From Cesiribacter sp. (GTDB lineage Bacteria > Bacteroidota > Bacteroidia > Cytophagales > Cyclobacteriaceae): a stretch of 64,000 nucleotides of DNA. Where the stretch lies: the NCBI GenBank assembly GCA_030147305.1, contig JASLAE010000007.1, positions 17,578 to 81,577 on the forward strand. The letters run 5' to 3'. The position numbers were made by a program, and so were the translations under genes. Positions 46,033 to 55,493 of this stretch are shown one piece after another (the stretch's first letter is position 1; every line of letters begins with the position of its first letter). The notes under the pieces were generated by a model. It did no database searches and was not told the DNA's origin. It saw only the letters and a program-made list of their open reading frames with translations.

Positions 46033-47235
46033 TTATTCAACAATCGTTACAGGGCCCTGGGATTGGGTGTATATAAAAATGGCAATAAATGCCAGCACCG
46101 TTAGCACCAGTGCTCCCATGAAAATGTTGTAAGAGATACGCAACATTTTATACTTTTGGGTTAAGACAAGGCCTAAAAAGTAAATATCGATGCTCATGCT
46201 GTCATAAAGCAGGGTTTTAGAGCGGCCCAGCTCCTGCATGTTAGCGATAAATTCCTTCAGCTTCATTTTGGTAAAATTGCCGAAGAAAAGAGAACTGCTC
46301 TGCTTGTTCTTGATCTTCTCCATGTTTACCTCTTTCTCGGTAACGTTAGGCCTTGCAGAAATTACTGCATAGATCACTGAAGTTAAGGAGCCAATGAGCA
46401 GAATGCCAATGGGAACGGTAAACCTGAGATTTTCAATAAAAGCCCTTTCAGTTAGTGTAAAGCCACCACCAATCACTGTAATAATTACAGACATAATGAT
46501 GGTGTTGATGCTGATCATCATGTTGGCTTTGCTGTCGGCTATGGCACTTAGCTCTATGTGGTTGCGATAAGTAGCACGATACATGGTTTCTACCCCACGC
46601 TTCGGATCTTCGTCTTTAGCCTTCTTCGCTTTTGTTTTTTTCAGGGCTGTACGCTGTTTATTGATGTTCTTTTCCCGTCGCTCTCCATACGCCTTGCGAA
46701 AGTGATCAGTATAGAAGTTTGTACCCAGGATATACTGCTGCTGCATTTTATCCCATTCTGCCGGCTTAAAATGTTTATCAAGGAATACTTCCCATTCAAT
46801 CCGCAGCAGCTCGGCCTTTCTAAAAAAGCTCTTTTTACCAATACTGATGCGGTCGGCATCATGCAGGATCTCCTCCAGCAGGTTTTTTGGCTGGTGCCCT
46901 GCTTTGGTAGAAGTGATCAACTGGTTAACCTGCTCCATACGCTGCTGGGGATACCCTTTTGCCTGCAGAAATTTTTCTGCATATGCTATGCTGGCCTCTT
47001 CGTGCCCTTCGTACGTTTTAATGTAACCCGTATCATGAAACCAGGCAGCCAACTCCAAAACCTCCTGCTCTTCTGCAGACAAGCCATAAGCTTCTGCAGC
47101 CTCTACGCAGGCTTCTACGGTTTGGCGCGTGTGATTGAGGTTATGATAAACGTACTTATTAGACAGTTCTGTAGTCAGCAGGTTCAGTACATGCGACTTT
47201 GCTTCATCAACAATGTCAGTAGAATTTTCTTCCAT
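46033..47235 (-). CDS. HD (PDE-like) domain fused to a Pycsar-type transmembrane effector domain (DUF5706-like)
   Basis: N-terminal YHNLNHT...AAWFHDTG...HEEAS...LHDAD; C-terminal IADSKAN, two TM, LFFGNF, KYKMLR and a final TM. ATG at 47235 preferred. Confidence 0.85.
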   Translation of the reverse strand: MEENSTDIVDEAKSHVLNLLTTELSNKYVYHNLNHTRQTVEACVEAAEAYGLSAEEQEVLELAAWFHDTGYIKTYEGHEEASIAYAEKFLQAKGYPQQRMEQVNQLITSTKAGHQPKNLLEEILHDADRISIGKKSFFRKAELLRIEWEVFLDKHFKPAEWDKMQQQYILGTNFYTDHFRKAYGERREKNINKQRTALKKTKAKKAKDEDPKRGVETMYRATYRNHIELSAIADSKANMMISINTIIMSVIITVIGGGFTLTERAFIENLRFTVPIGILLIGSLTSVIYAVISARPNVTEKEVNMEKIKNKQSSSLFFGNFTKMKLKEFIANMQELGRSKTLLYDSMSIDIYFLGLVLTQKYKMLRISYNIFMGALVLTVLAFIAIFIYTQSQGPVTIVE

Positions 47236-47363
47236 AAAAAACTGAGATACTCCGGATTTACTCCTTACAAACATTCATACATGGTGCTATGTTTTAGCAT
47301 AAAAGCATTTTTGTAAACAAGCCTGGTGACTCCATACGGTAGCACAGCATCTGTTCATCAGCA

Positions 47364-48287
47364 ATGAAATATCTTTTTATTTTCTTTTCTGTCATATTGC
47401 TCGCTGCCTGCGGACAAAAAAAAGATACCCAGGCCCCTGGAACAACTGACGGTCTGACTGCAAAGGACAGTTCTTTGCAGCAGGGTATAGCCTATAAGTT
47501 TAATAATCCAGATGAAATTTATACGCTGCCCGGTAGTTTGCAGGAAATTTCCGGTATGCAAATGTTAAATGATAACCTTATTGCCTGTATCCAGGATGAA
47601 GAAGGAATCCTATACTTGTTTAGCACTACGCACAAAAAAGTAGTTAAGGAAATTCCATGGGGGCAGAAGGGCGATTATGAAGGCCTTACCGGCAATAGTC
47701 AGGCATTGTATGTTTTAAGAAGTGACGGCACAATATTTAAGGTTAGCAATTACAACAGTAATACCCCGCCTAACGTACAAAGGTGGAAAACAGACCTGGA
47801 TGCACGCTGTGATGCAGAAGGTATTGTTTTATTACCGGATAAAAATACACTCCTCGTTACCTGCAAAGGAGGAGACAGTGGTTTAAGGAACATATGGGCT
47901 GTAGATGTGCAAACACAGGAGATGCATGCCAGCCCATACCATCAGATTACACAGGATATGCTTGAAAGTAAAATGGTAACAGATGGTCTTGACCAGTTTT
48001 TATTATCGCTCAAAAAAACGTTCGATATTAAAGGAGAATCTGGCATATTAGCTCCCTCTGGTCTGGCCGTTCATCCGGTTACCAAAGATTTATACATTAT
48101 TTCCGCAAACAGTAAGTTATTGCTGGTGTTTGCACCTACTGGAGAGTTGAAATTTGTGAAGGAGCTGCCAGCCAGTTTATTTATTCATCCTGAATCTATC
48201 ACCTTTACAGCCGCAGGCGATATGCTGGTTGGCAACGAGGGTAAGGGCACAAAACCCAGTATTTTGTATTTTAAATATGATAAATAG
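47364..48287 (+). CDS. SdiA-regulated/YjiK-like beta-propeller lipoprotein
   Basis: Lipobox LAAC; repeated blade motifs EISG, DYEG, DAEG, PSGLAVHP and PESITF. Confidence 0.75.
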   Translation: MKYLFIFFSVILLAACGQKKDTQAPGTTDGLTAKDSSLQQGIAYKFNNPDEIYTLPGSLQEISGMQMLNDNLIACIQDEEGILYLFSTTHKKVVKEIPWGQKGDYEGLTGNSQALYVLRSDGTIFKVSNYNSNTPPNVQRWKTDLDARCDAEGIVLLPDKNTLLVTCKGGDSGLRNIWAVDVQTQEMHASPYHQITQDMLESKMVTDGLDQFLLSLKKTFDIKGESGILAPSGLAVHPVTKDLYIISANSKLLLVFAPTGELKFVKELPASLFIHPESITFTAAGDMLVGNEGKGTKPSILYFKYDK

Positions 48288-51200
48288 ATATAGATTTCTG
48301 CTTCAGTTTTTTGCAGCATTTATAATTGCAACGATCGTTGCAGCCTGTGGTGCTGTAAAGCCATTTATAGCAAAAGAACAGCGGCGTACCTGGCAGGATG
48401 TTGCGGCGCCCCCCGCAGAAGAACTGCTACATTCTGTATACCTTATAGGGGATGTTGGGGAACCAACTCTCGATGGGCCACAGGAACCTTCCCTGCGCCT
48501 CCTGGAGCAGCAGTTACGGGGTCAGTTTTACCACGACCAGGACGGTGGTGTCTCCCAGCTTCCGGATTCACTTAAATCTGCAATCTTTCTGGGAGATAAT
48601 ATTTATACCGATGGCCTTTCCGAACCGGGCGATCCCGAGCGGGAAGAAGAAGAAAAGTCTATCGAGGAGCAGATGAAGGTAGTGTTGAACTGGAAAGGAA
48701 AGCCCGTGTTCATCCCTGGCAATCATGACTGGAATTTTAGTTCTCCGGGCGGATTGGAGGCCATTATCCGACAGGGAGAATATGTGCGGCAGTTTCTGAA
48801 CAATCCAAATGCTTTTCTGCCCTTTAGCGGCTGTCCGGGCCCGGTTGCCCTGCCGGTAGGAGAAAAGGTGGTGATGATCCTGATAGATTCTGAGTGGTGG
48901 CTTACTCCGCACCGGCGCCCCCAGGGTCCGGAGAACGGCTGTTTTATAGAATCTGAGCTTGATTTTATAGTGCAGCTGGATGACATGCTTAATCGCTATA
49001 ATGACAAGCATATTATTCTGGCACTGCACCACCCACTACAGAGCAATGGTAACCACGGCGGCCATTACTCGCTGGGTGATCATATTTTTCCCCTGCGCCT
49101 GAAATGGGATAACCTGTACTTCCCGCTGCCTGTCATTGGCTCCATTTATCCGCTCGCCCGCATGTATGGAGCTTCCCGGCAGGATATTGCCAATCCAAAA
49201 TACCAGCAGCTGCGCAACGCTATTGCCAGCATCACACAGGGGCGCACAAATATTGTCATTGCTGCCGGCCATGAGCACAACCTGCAATTGCAGAATTTCA
49301 ACGATATCATGCACATTGTTAGCGGCTCTGGCTGCAAAGAAACCTTTTGTGTAGGCGGCCGCGATGCGGTGTTTGTACACAAGGAGGAAGGTTTCGCCCG
49401 GTTAAATTATTACCAGAACGGAGAGGTTTGGGTAGAATTCTGGATTCCGGAAGACGAAGGCGCCACCGGACGGCTTACGTTCCGAATGCCCCTCTATGCC
49501 CTGAAGCCTGCAGAAAATGAAGACGTACTGCGTGCAGAGACCCTCGATTATACAGACAGCACCAAAGTAATTGCCGCGAATCCTGAATACGACCAGGTTA
49601 GTAAACTGGGCAGAATTGTTTGGGGAGACCATTACAGGAAAGAATGGAAAACACCCGTAAAGGTGCCTTATCTTGACCTGAAGACAGCGAAAGGAGGCCT
49701 TACGCCTATCAAAAAAGGGGGTGGCAAGCAGACGCTCAGCCTCAGGTTAATGAATCCGGATACGGTGGAGTACCAGTTCCGATCTATCGATAAGATTCCT
49801 GATGCAGTACTGCCCGAGGGTTTGCAGCGAACGTTTGCTGCAGATGTGGTGCAGGACCAGATTTCCTCCGCCCATCCCTATGGGTCGCTTACCATACCCC
49901 CCATGGCCGATGCCATAGGCATGCTGCACGTTGGGCCGGAGCTATATTATGTGCCCACTACGCCCTTGCTAGGGCCCTACATCAGTGATTTTGGGGGGAT
50001 GCTGGGGATCCTGGAAATGCGCCCGGACGAAGATCTTTCCGGTTATCGGGAGTTTGGTTATGCAGAGGAAGCTGTAAGTACCCGCAACATGCTGAGTGAT
50101 TTGCTGGAGGATAACGACGATGAAGTAGACGATGAGGCCTTTGTACGTGCCCGTTTGTTCGATATGTTGATTGGCGACTGGGATCGGCACGAGGACCAGT
50201 GGCGCTGGGCCGAGTTTGAAAAAGAGGAAAAGGGAAAACGCTATATTCCTATACCCCGTGACAGAGATCAGGTATTTGTGAAATTTGATGGTATTGTACC
50301 CTGGCTTGCATCACGCAAATGGACTATTCGTAAGTTTAGCCATTTCGACTACGACTATGAAGATGTGCTGGGCCTCAACATCAACGGCCTTACGCTGGAC
50401 AGACGCCTGCTTACCGGCCTGAGCCGTGAGCAATGGTTAAAAGAAACACAACACATTCAGAAAACCCTTACCGATGAGGTAATAGAGAAATCTATTCGTG
50501 AAATACCAGAAGAGCTGTTTAGCTTGAGCGGGCCGGAAATCATTGCAAAGCTAAAGAGCAGGAGGGATAAACTGTCTGAGGCTGCCGAGACCTATTACGA
50601 GGCGTTGGCTAAATATGCCGATGTATTTGGCTCTAACAAGCACGAAATGTTTGAAGTAGAGCGACTTTCCGATGGTCGTACCCGGGTACAGGTTTTCAAA
50701 ATCAAAAAAGATGGAGATGTAAAACAGGCCATCTTCGACAGAACCTTTTTACCTTCTGAAACCCGCGAAATCAGACTTTGGGGTTTTGAGGGCGAAGATC
50801 AGTTCCGCATTAGCGGCACTGCAGACAGGGCAATTAAAATGCGCATTATTGCCGGTGCAGACGATGATGAATATGTAGATAGTTCTTCTGTAAGCGGCGG
50901 GCGTTCCAATATTTTGTACGATGATATCAGGGATGATAATAAGATAGAAAAAGGAGATGAAACCAATCTTCGTTTATCAAACAAGGATTATATAAACGAG
51001 TACGCTCCGCAGGAATTCTTCTATAATTATCTGGGGCCGCGCATATCGGTGCAGTATAATCCCGATGATGGCGTATTCCTGGGTGGTGGTGCAACCTACC
51101 GCACCTACGGCTTTAGAAAAGACCCTGCAGCTACTGAACAGACCATACTGGCAAATTATGCCGTAGCAACGGGTGCTTATAATTTCCGCTATGAAGGTGC

Positions 51201-52065
51201 CTTCTATCAGGTGTTTGGCCGGGCCAGCGATCTGCTGGTAAACCTTAATTACCAGGGGCCCCAATACGTGCTGAATTACTTTGGGCAGGGTAACGAAACC
51301 TCTTATGAAAGGCCCATTGACTATTACCGGGTGCGCTTCAATAGCTTTATTGCAGAATTGTCTGTGAACAGAAGAATTGGCAACTATGTGCAGTATGGTG
51401 TCGGGCCCCGCTATCGCTGGCTTAAGCTGCAGGAAAACATCCAGAGTTTTATAGAAACACCAGAAATACAAAACAGCGATTTATATGCCAGTGATGTGAA
51501 AATGCTTGGGGGAGAAGCCTATTTTAATGTAGAGGCAGTCAACGATATCCGAATTCCTACCCGGGGTTTCAGGTTTTTCAACATCCTGGACTATACCGGA
51601 GGTTTAAATAATGATAACGTAAACCTGTTGCGTCTAAAATCTGATTTTGCCATATACATATCACCAAATTCAAGAAGATTTAATCCAACCATAGCACTAA
51701 GGTTTGGGGGGCAGCGCAACTGGGGCGATTATCTGTTCTTCCAGTCGGCTTCTGTAGGCAACTGGACAAACCTTAGAGGCTTTCGCAACGATCGCTTTGC
51801 CGGTGATGTTTCTTTCTACCAGAATACCGAACTGCGCATCCCAGTGAGTGTGCTACGCAATTATGCTTTTACTGGCAGCTGGGGCCTGTACGGATTTATT
51901 GATCATGGCCGGGTATGGGCCGAGGGAGAAGAATCCAAAAAGTGGCACAGGGGTTATGGGCCAGGCGCTTATTTAAACCTGTTTCAATTCTTTGTGCTTA
52001 CCGGCAATGTGGCTTTCTCCGACGAAGGACCTTACTATCTGCTCAATGCAGGATTCTTCTTTTAA
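48277..52065 (+). CDS. Lipoprotein: metallophosphoesterase + atypical kinase-like domain + Omp85/BamA-type beta-barrel
   Basis: Lipobox VAAC; GDVG, GDNIY, GNHD, HHP, GHEH; GGGKQT...IGDWDRHEDQ...PRDRDQ; LRGFRNDRFAG barrel lid-loop motif and C-terminal Phe. ATG at 48277 overlaps the upstream gene. Confidence 0.85.
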   Translation: MINRYRFLLQFFAAFIIATIVAACGAVKPFIAKEQRRTWQDVAAPPAEELLHSVYLIGDVGEPTLDGPQEPSLRLLEQQLRGQFYHDQDGGVSQLPDSLKSAIFLGDNIYTDGLSEPGDPEREEEEKSIEEQMKVVLNWKGKPVFIPGNHDWNFSSPGGLEAIIRQGEYVRQFLNNPNAFLPFSGCPGPVALPVGEKVVMILIDSEWWLTPHRRPQGPENGCFIESELDFIVQLDDMLNRYNDKHIILALHHPLQSNGNHGGHYSLGDHIFPLRLKWDNLYFPLPVIGSIYPLARMYGASRQDIANPKYQQLRNAIASITQGRTNIVIAAGHEHNLQLQNFNDIMHIVSGSGCKETFCVGGRDAVFVHKEEGFARLNYYQNGEVWVEFWIPEDEGATGRLTFRMPLYALKPAENEDVLRAETLDYTDSTKVIAANPEYDQVSKLGRIVWGDHYRKEWKTPVKVPYLDLKTAKGGLTPIKKGGGKQTLSLRLMNPDTVEYQFRSIDKIPDAVLPEGLQRTFAADVVQDQISSAHPYGSLTIPPMADAIGMLHVGPELYYVPTTPLLGPYISDFGGMLGILEMRPDEDLSGYREFGYAEEAVSTRNMLSDLLEDNDDEVDDEAFVRARLFDMLIGDWDRHEDQWRWAEFEKEEKGKRYIPIPRDRDQVFVKFDGIVPWLASRKWTIRKFSHFDYDYEDVLGLNINGLTLDRRLLTGLSREQWLKETQHIQKTLTDEVIEKSIREIPEELFSLSGPEIIAKLKSRRDKLSEAAETYYEALAKYADVFGSNKHEMFEVERLSDGRTRVQVFKIKKDGDVKQAIFDRTFLPSETREIRLWGFEGEDQFRISGTADRAIKMRIIAGADDDEYVDSSSVSGGRSNILYDDIRDDNKIEKGDETNLRLSNKDYINEYAPQEFFYNYLGPRISVQYNPDDGVFLGGGATYRTYGFRKDPAATEQTILANYAVATGAYNFRYEGAFYQVFGRASDLLVNLNYQGPQYVLNYFGQGNETSYERPIDYYRVRFNSFIAELSVNRRIGNYVQYGVGPRYRWLKLQENIQSFIETPEIQNSDLYASDVKMLGGEAYFNVEAVNDIRIPTRGFRFFNILDYTGGLNNDNVNLLRLKSDFAIYISPNSRRFNPTIALRFGGQRNWGDYLFFQSASVGNWTNLRGFRNDRFAGDVSFYQNTELRIPVSVLRNYAFTGSWGLYGFIDHGRVWAEGEESKKWHRGYGPGAYLNLFQFFVLTGNVAFSDEGPYYLLNAGFFF

Positions 52066-52184
52066 ACATGAAAGGATCGCAGAAGAAGTATAAGGGCGTG
52101 AAGGCATGCCTTACAAAGCAAGTCTATGTAAAAAAACATAGGGACTGCAAGCAAATGATACCTCAAAGAGATAATCAATTAAAA

Positions 52185-53504
52185 TTACTTAATTACCAAG
52201 GCTTCCGTGTTTTCCATTACCTCCATCAAGCCCTCGTTGTTAAGGCTGGTCAGCTGCACCTGTTTTAGTTCGTTGATGAGCATAGGGTCGTACCTGGCAA
52301 TTACGCGAACATAATTTTCTGTAAAACCGTGCATCATGCCATCCACTACATCATCCTCGAAAAGAACGGTAGCCGGGCGGCCTACATTCTCTTCATAGAA
52401 AAAGCGCTTCTTTTTTTCGCTGAGGCTGCGCAGCATACGGCTGCGGCGGTTGCGCTCTTTCATCGGTACACTGTGCGCCAGCTCAGCAGCCGGGGTATTG
52501 GCTCTCTCGGAGTAAGTGAATACGTGCAGATAACTCACAGGCAATTCGTTCAGGAACTGATAGGTTTCCAGGAATTGCTCCTCCGTTTCGCCAGGGAAAC
52601 CCACGATCACATCAACGCCTATGCAGCAGTGAGGCAGTAGGGTTTTAATAGTAGCCACTCGTTCAGCATACAGTTCCCGCTGGTAACGGCGGTACATTGC
52701 CTTTAAGATTTCGTTGCTGCCAGACTGTAACGGAATGTGAAAATGAGGCACAAAGCGCTTGGATTGTGCTACAAATTCAATGACTTCGTTGCTGAGCAGG
52801 TTGGGTTCTATGGAAGAGATCCGGAAACGCTCAATGCCTTCTACATTATCCAGCGCTTTCACCAGATCAATAAAGCGTTCGTGCCTGCGCCCTTCCTGTA
52901 TGCCGAAGTCACCTATGTTTACTCCGGTAATCACCACTTCTTTGATGTCGGTCGCGGCAATCTCCTGAGCAGATTCCAGGATCTGGGCAATGCTGTTGGA
53001 GCGGCTCTTGCCTCGTGCCAGGGGTATGGTGCAGAACGAACAGTTGTAGTTGCAGCCATCCTGCACTTTTAAAAAAGTGCGGGTGCGATCGCCGTAAGAA
53101 TAAGCGTTTGTAAAAGTATTGGCTTCAGAAATATCGCTGGCCAGCACACGAGCCTCCTGCTTTTTCTCAAAAGTGCCCAGCAGGTCCAGCAGCCTGAATT
53201 TTTCGGCTGCACCCAATACGGCATCTACACCGGGTATCTCTGCAATCTCCCGTGGTTTTAGCTGGGCATAACAGCCAATAATAGCCACAAAGCCTTCCGG
53301 GTTGATCAGCTGTGCCTCACGCACAATTTTACGACATTTCTTGTCTGCATTATCTGTTACCGAACAAGTATTGATAATGAAGATATCGGGACGATCAGAA
53401 AACTCTACTTTCTGGAAACCGCGCTCTTCAAACTGGCGGCCAATGGTAGAGGTTTCGGAGAAATTGAGCTTACAACCCAGTGTATAAAAGGCAACTTTCT
53501 TCAT
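52185..53504 (-). CDS. mtaB: tRNA t6A37 methylthiotransferase MtaB (radical SAM)
   Basis: TLGCKLNFSET, NTCSVT, KVQDGCNYNCSFC and LHVFTYSER motifs; ATG at 53504. Confidence 0.92.
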   Translation of the reverse strand: MKKVAFYTLGCKLNFSETSTIGRQFEERGFQKVEFSDRPDIFIINTCSVTDNADKKCRKIVREAQLINPEGFVAIIGCYAQLKPREIAEIPGVDAVLGAAEKFRLLDLLGTFEKKQEARVLASDISEANTFTNAYSYGDRTRTFLKVQDGCNYNCSFCTIPLARGKSRSNSIAQILESAQEIAATDIKEVVITGVNIGDFGIQEGRRHERFIDLVKALDNVEGIERFRISSIEPNLLSNEVIEFVAQSKRFVPHFHIPLQSGSNEILKAMYRRYQRELYAERVATIKTLLPHCCIGVDVIVGFPGETEEQFLETYQFLNELPVSYLHVFTYSERANTPAAELAHSVPMKERNRRSRMLRSLSEKKKRFFYEENVGRPATVLFEDDVVDGMMHGFTENYVRVIARYDPMLINELKQVQLTSLNNEGLMEVMENTEALVIK

Positions 53505-53510
53505 GCACTG

Positions 53511-53541
53511 CAAAATTACACAATCTAAGCTTCATGGGCAA
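53511..53541 (-). promoter_or_regulatory. Promoter of mtaB
   Basis: Minus strand: TTG (53541-53539), 20-nt spacer, TAATTTTG (53518-53511). Confidence 0.6.
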
Positions 53542-53785
53542 CGCTGCTGAAATGGTGCTGGTTCCACCTCAGGCAGTATCTGTAGTCTACCATCTGGTCA
53601 GGTAGTTTAAGCGCAACCACGCTGCCGAAACATCTGACGGAGGGATTCATCAGAAGGGAGGTAACATCTCTTATGTTGATACTTCTGCCAGGTATTTTGT
53701 GTAAGGTTATCAGCCAGTCTCAAGGGAATTTCAGGACAGTATACTTTATCTTCACACCATCATTAGTAAAGCAGTTTGAGAAAGT

Positions 53786-54430
53786 ATGAATGGAAAAGAG
53801 GTAAGGATTATTGTAGCTGATGATCATCGGATGGTGCGGAAGGCCTGGGAATTACTGCTTGCAGAAAAAGAAGAATACAAAGTAGTTGGCCATGCAGCGA
53901 ACGGTGCTGAGGTATTGCAATTGCTGCAGGAAATAAGGGTGGATGTGGTGCTCATGGATCTTGATATGCCCGTTATGAATGGCATTGAGGCAACGGACAG
54001 GATAAAGAACTGCTTTCCCTGGGTGAAAGTAATTGCCCTGACCATGCAAAAAGACAGTGCCTATATCAAGCGGTTTTTTGCAGCCGGAGCCCATGGTTTT
54101 ATCACCAAAAATGCTTCTGAAGAAGAGCTGCTGGAGGCCGTTGACGAGGTGATTCAGGGTAAAAGGTATCTTTCCCGGGAGGTTAGTGATGTGTTGAGCA
54201 ATAGCTTACTGGAGCCCCAGGCAACCGGTAAACAAAACTTTTATGGTCTTTCAGAGCGCGAAATTGAAATCATAAAACTGATTGCGGATGGCAGCACCAC
54301 CAACCAGATTGCAGATTTGCTCCATCTGAGTGTTAAAACCGTAGAGAGTCACCGCCGCAATATCTTTAAAAAGCTGCAGGTAAAGAATGTTGCCCAACTT
54401 ATGACCAAAACCAAAGAGCGGGTGTTTTAA
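53786..54430 (+). CDS. NarL/FixJ-family response regulator (REC + LuxR HTH)
   Basis: ADDH, LMDLDMP and LSEREIEI...IADLLHLSVKTVESHR motifs. Confidence 0.95.
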   Translation: MNGKEVRIIVADDHRMVRKAWELLLAEKEEYKVVGHAANGAEVLQLLQEIRVDVVLMDLDMPVMNGIEATDRIKNCFPWVKVIALTMQKDSAYIKRFFAAGAHGFITKNASEEELLEAVDEVIQGKRYLSREVSDVLSNSLLEPQATGKQNFYGLSEREIEIIKLIADGSTTNQIADLLHLSVKTVESHRRNIFKKLQVKNVAQLMTKTKERVF

Positions 54431-54498
54431 ATACGCCTTTTAAGGGCCCAAAGCGAGCCCAGAGCGTTCTATTCCTATAATTGTTTTTTTGCTGGCCA

Positions 54499-55488
54499 AT
54501 GAAAGTAGCTAGTCCTGTACTGTCTCTTGCTTCCACTGCTCTTTTCAGAGCACTTTATAAAAATGTAGGGGAGGGCGTGTTTCTTTACCACCCCGGGCAG
54601 GCACAGATCATAGAAGGTAATTGTGCATTCAGGGCCAGAACAGGCGTATCGGAAGGTGGCAATTTAAATCTGCCCATCGGATCCGTTTTTCGCCAATTAT
54701 CCGGCGATCTATTGCCTGATGAAGTGCCGGAAGCCATTTTACTGCCTGCAGGCTTGCCCACATCTCCGGTGCAATTGCATGTTTCAGAAGTAACTTTAAA
54801 TGGCGAACAAGTATATTTGTGTGTTATAAAAGAGTCCGTAAATCTGCACACATCGCACGTGCTGGCCGCAGCCGAAGTAGAGAAGAAAGCGCTACTAAAC
54901 GAGATTTACCACCGTGTTAAAAATAATCTGAATGTAATCATCAGCCTGCTGAGCTTACAGCTAAACAGGGTAGAGGACCCACAGCTACGCCACCTGTTAA
55001 CAGAAAGTAAAAGCCGGATTTTTGCCCTGGCCATGCTGCAGGAGCGGCTCTATTATTCTCCCCGGCTGTCTGAAGTAAAGGCCAATGATTACCTGACCAG
55101 CCTTACCCAGTCTGTTATTGCTACTTTTAAGGAACCGAAACAACGCCTTAATTTAACAACGCAAACCCATGAGTGCTGGTTAAATGTAGATATACTGGTG
55201 CCGCTTGGGTTGCTGGTGCATGAACTGGTCGCCAATGCAGTCTTACATGCCTATTCTAAAGAGGCAGCAGGCGAAATCCTGCTTCAGTTTAGTGTTCAGG
55301 AAGCAGGTAATTACACATTGGTGATTCAGGATTCGGGGAGAGGCTTCCCGGCAGGCAGTACATTTACAAGCTTTCAATCATTGGGAAGTAAGTTGATCAT
55401 AAGCCTTTCGCGGCAAATAAAAGCCCGCTTACAGCTAGAGAGTAAACCCGCTGAGGGTAGCAGGGTAACCATAGAATTTACTGCCTAA
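54499..55488 (+). CDS. Soluble HisKA_2-type sensor histidine kinase with degenerate PAS-like N-terminus
   Basis: EIYHRVKNNL, ELVANAVLHA, DSGRG and SLG motifs; ATG at 54499. Confidence 0.88.
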   Translation: MKVASPVLSLASTALFRALYKNVGEGVFLYHPGQAQIIEGNCAFRARTGVSEGGNLNLPIGSVFRQLSGDLLPDEVPEAILLPAGLPTSPVQLHVSEVTLNGEQVYLCVIKESVNLHTSHVLAAAEVEKKALLNEIYHRVKNNLNVIISLLSLQLNRVEDPQLRHLLTESKSRIFALAMLQERLYYSPRLSEVKANDYLTSLTQSVIATFKEPKQRLNLTTQTHECWLNVDILVPLGLLVHELVANAVLHAYSKEAAGEILLQFSVQEAGNYTLVIQDSGRGFPAGSTFTSFQSLGSKLIISLSRQIKARLQLESKPAEGSRVTIEFTA

Positions 55489-55493
55489 CAACC

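Noticed and set aside
46558..47316. 252-aa ORF antisense to the HD-Pycsar gene, considered as a possible antitoxin
   Set aside because: Composition is typical of a reverse-frame shadow, with no domain signal or start context.
53537..53690. GGCAAC...GGTGCTGGTTCC resembling part of a SAM-I riboswitch, plus several small stems
   Set aside because: The P1/P2 core (ATC-AGAG...GAGGGA-GGCCC) is missing, it overlaps the mtaB promoter, and the downstream gene is unrelated to sulfur metabolism.
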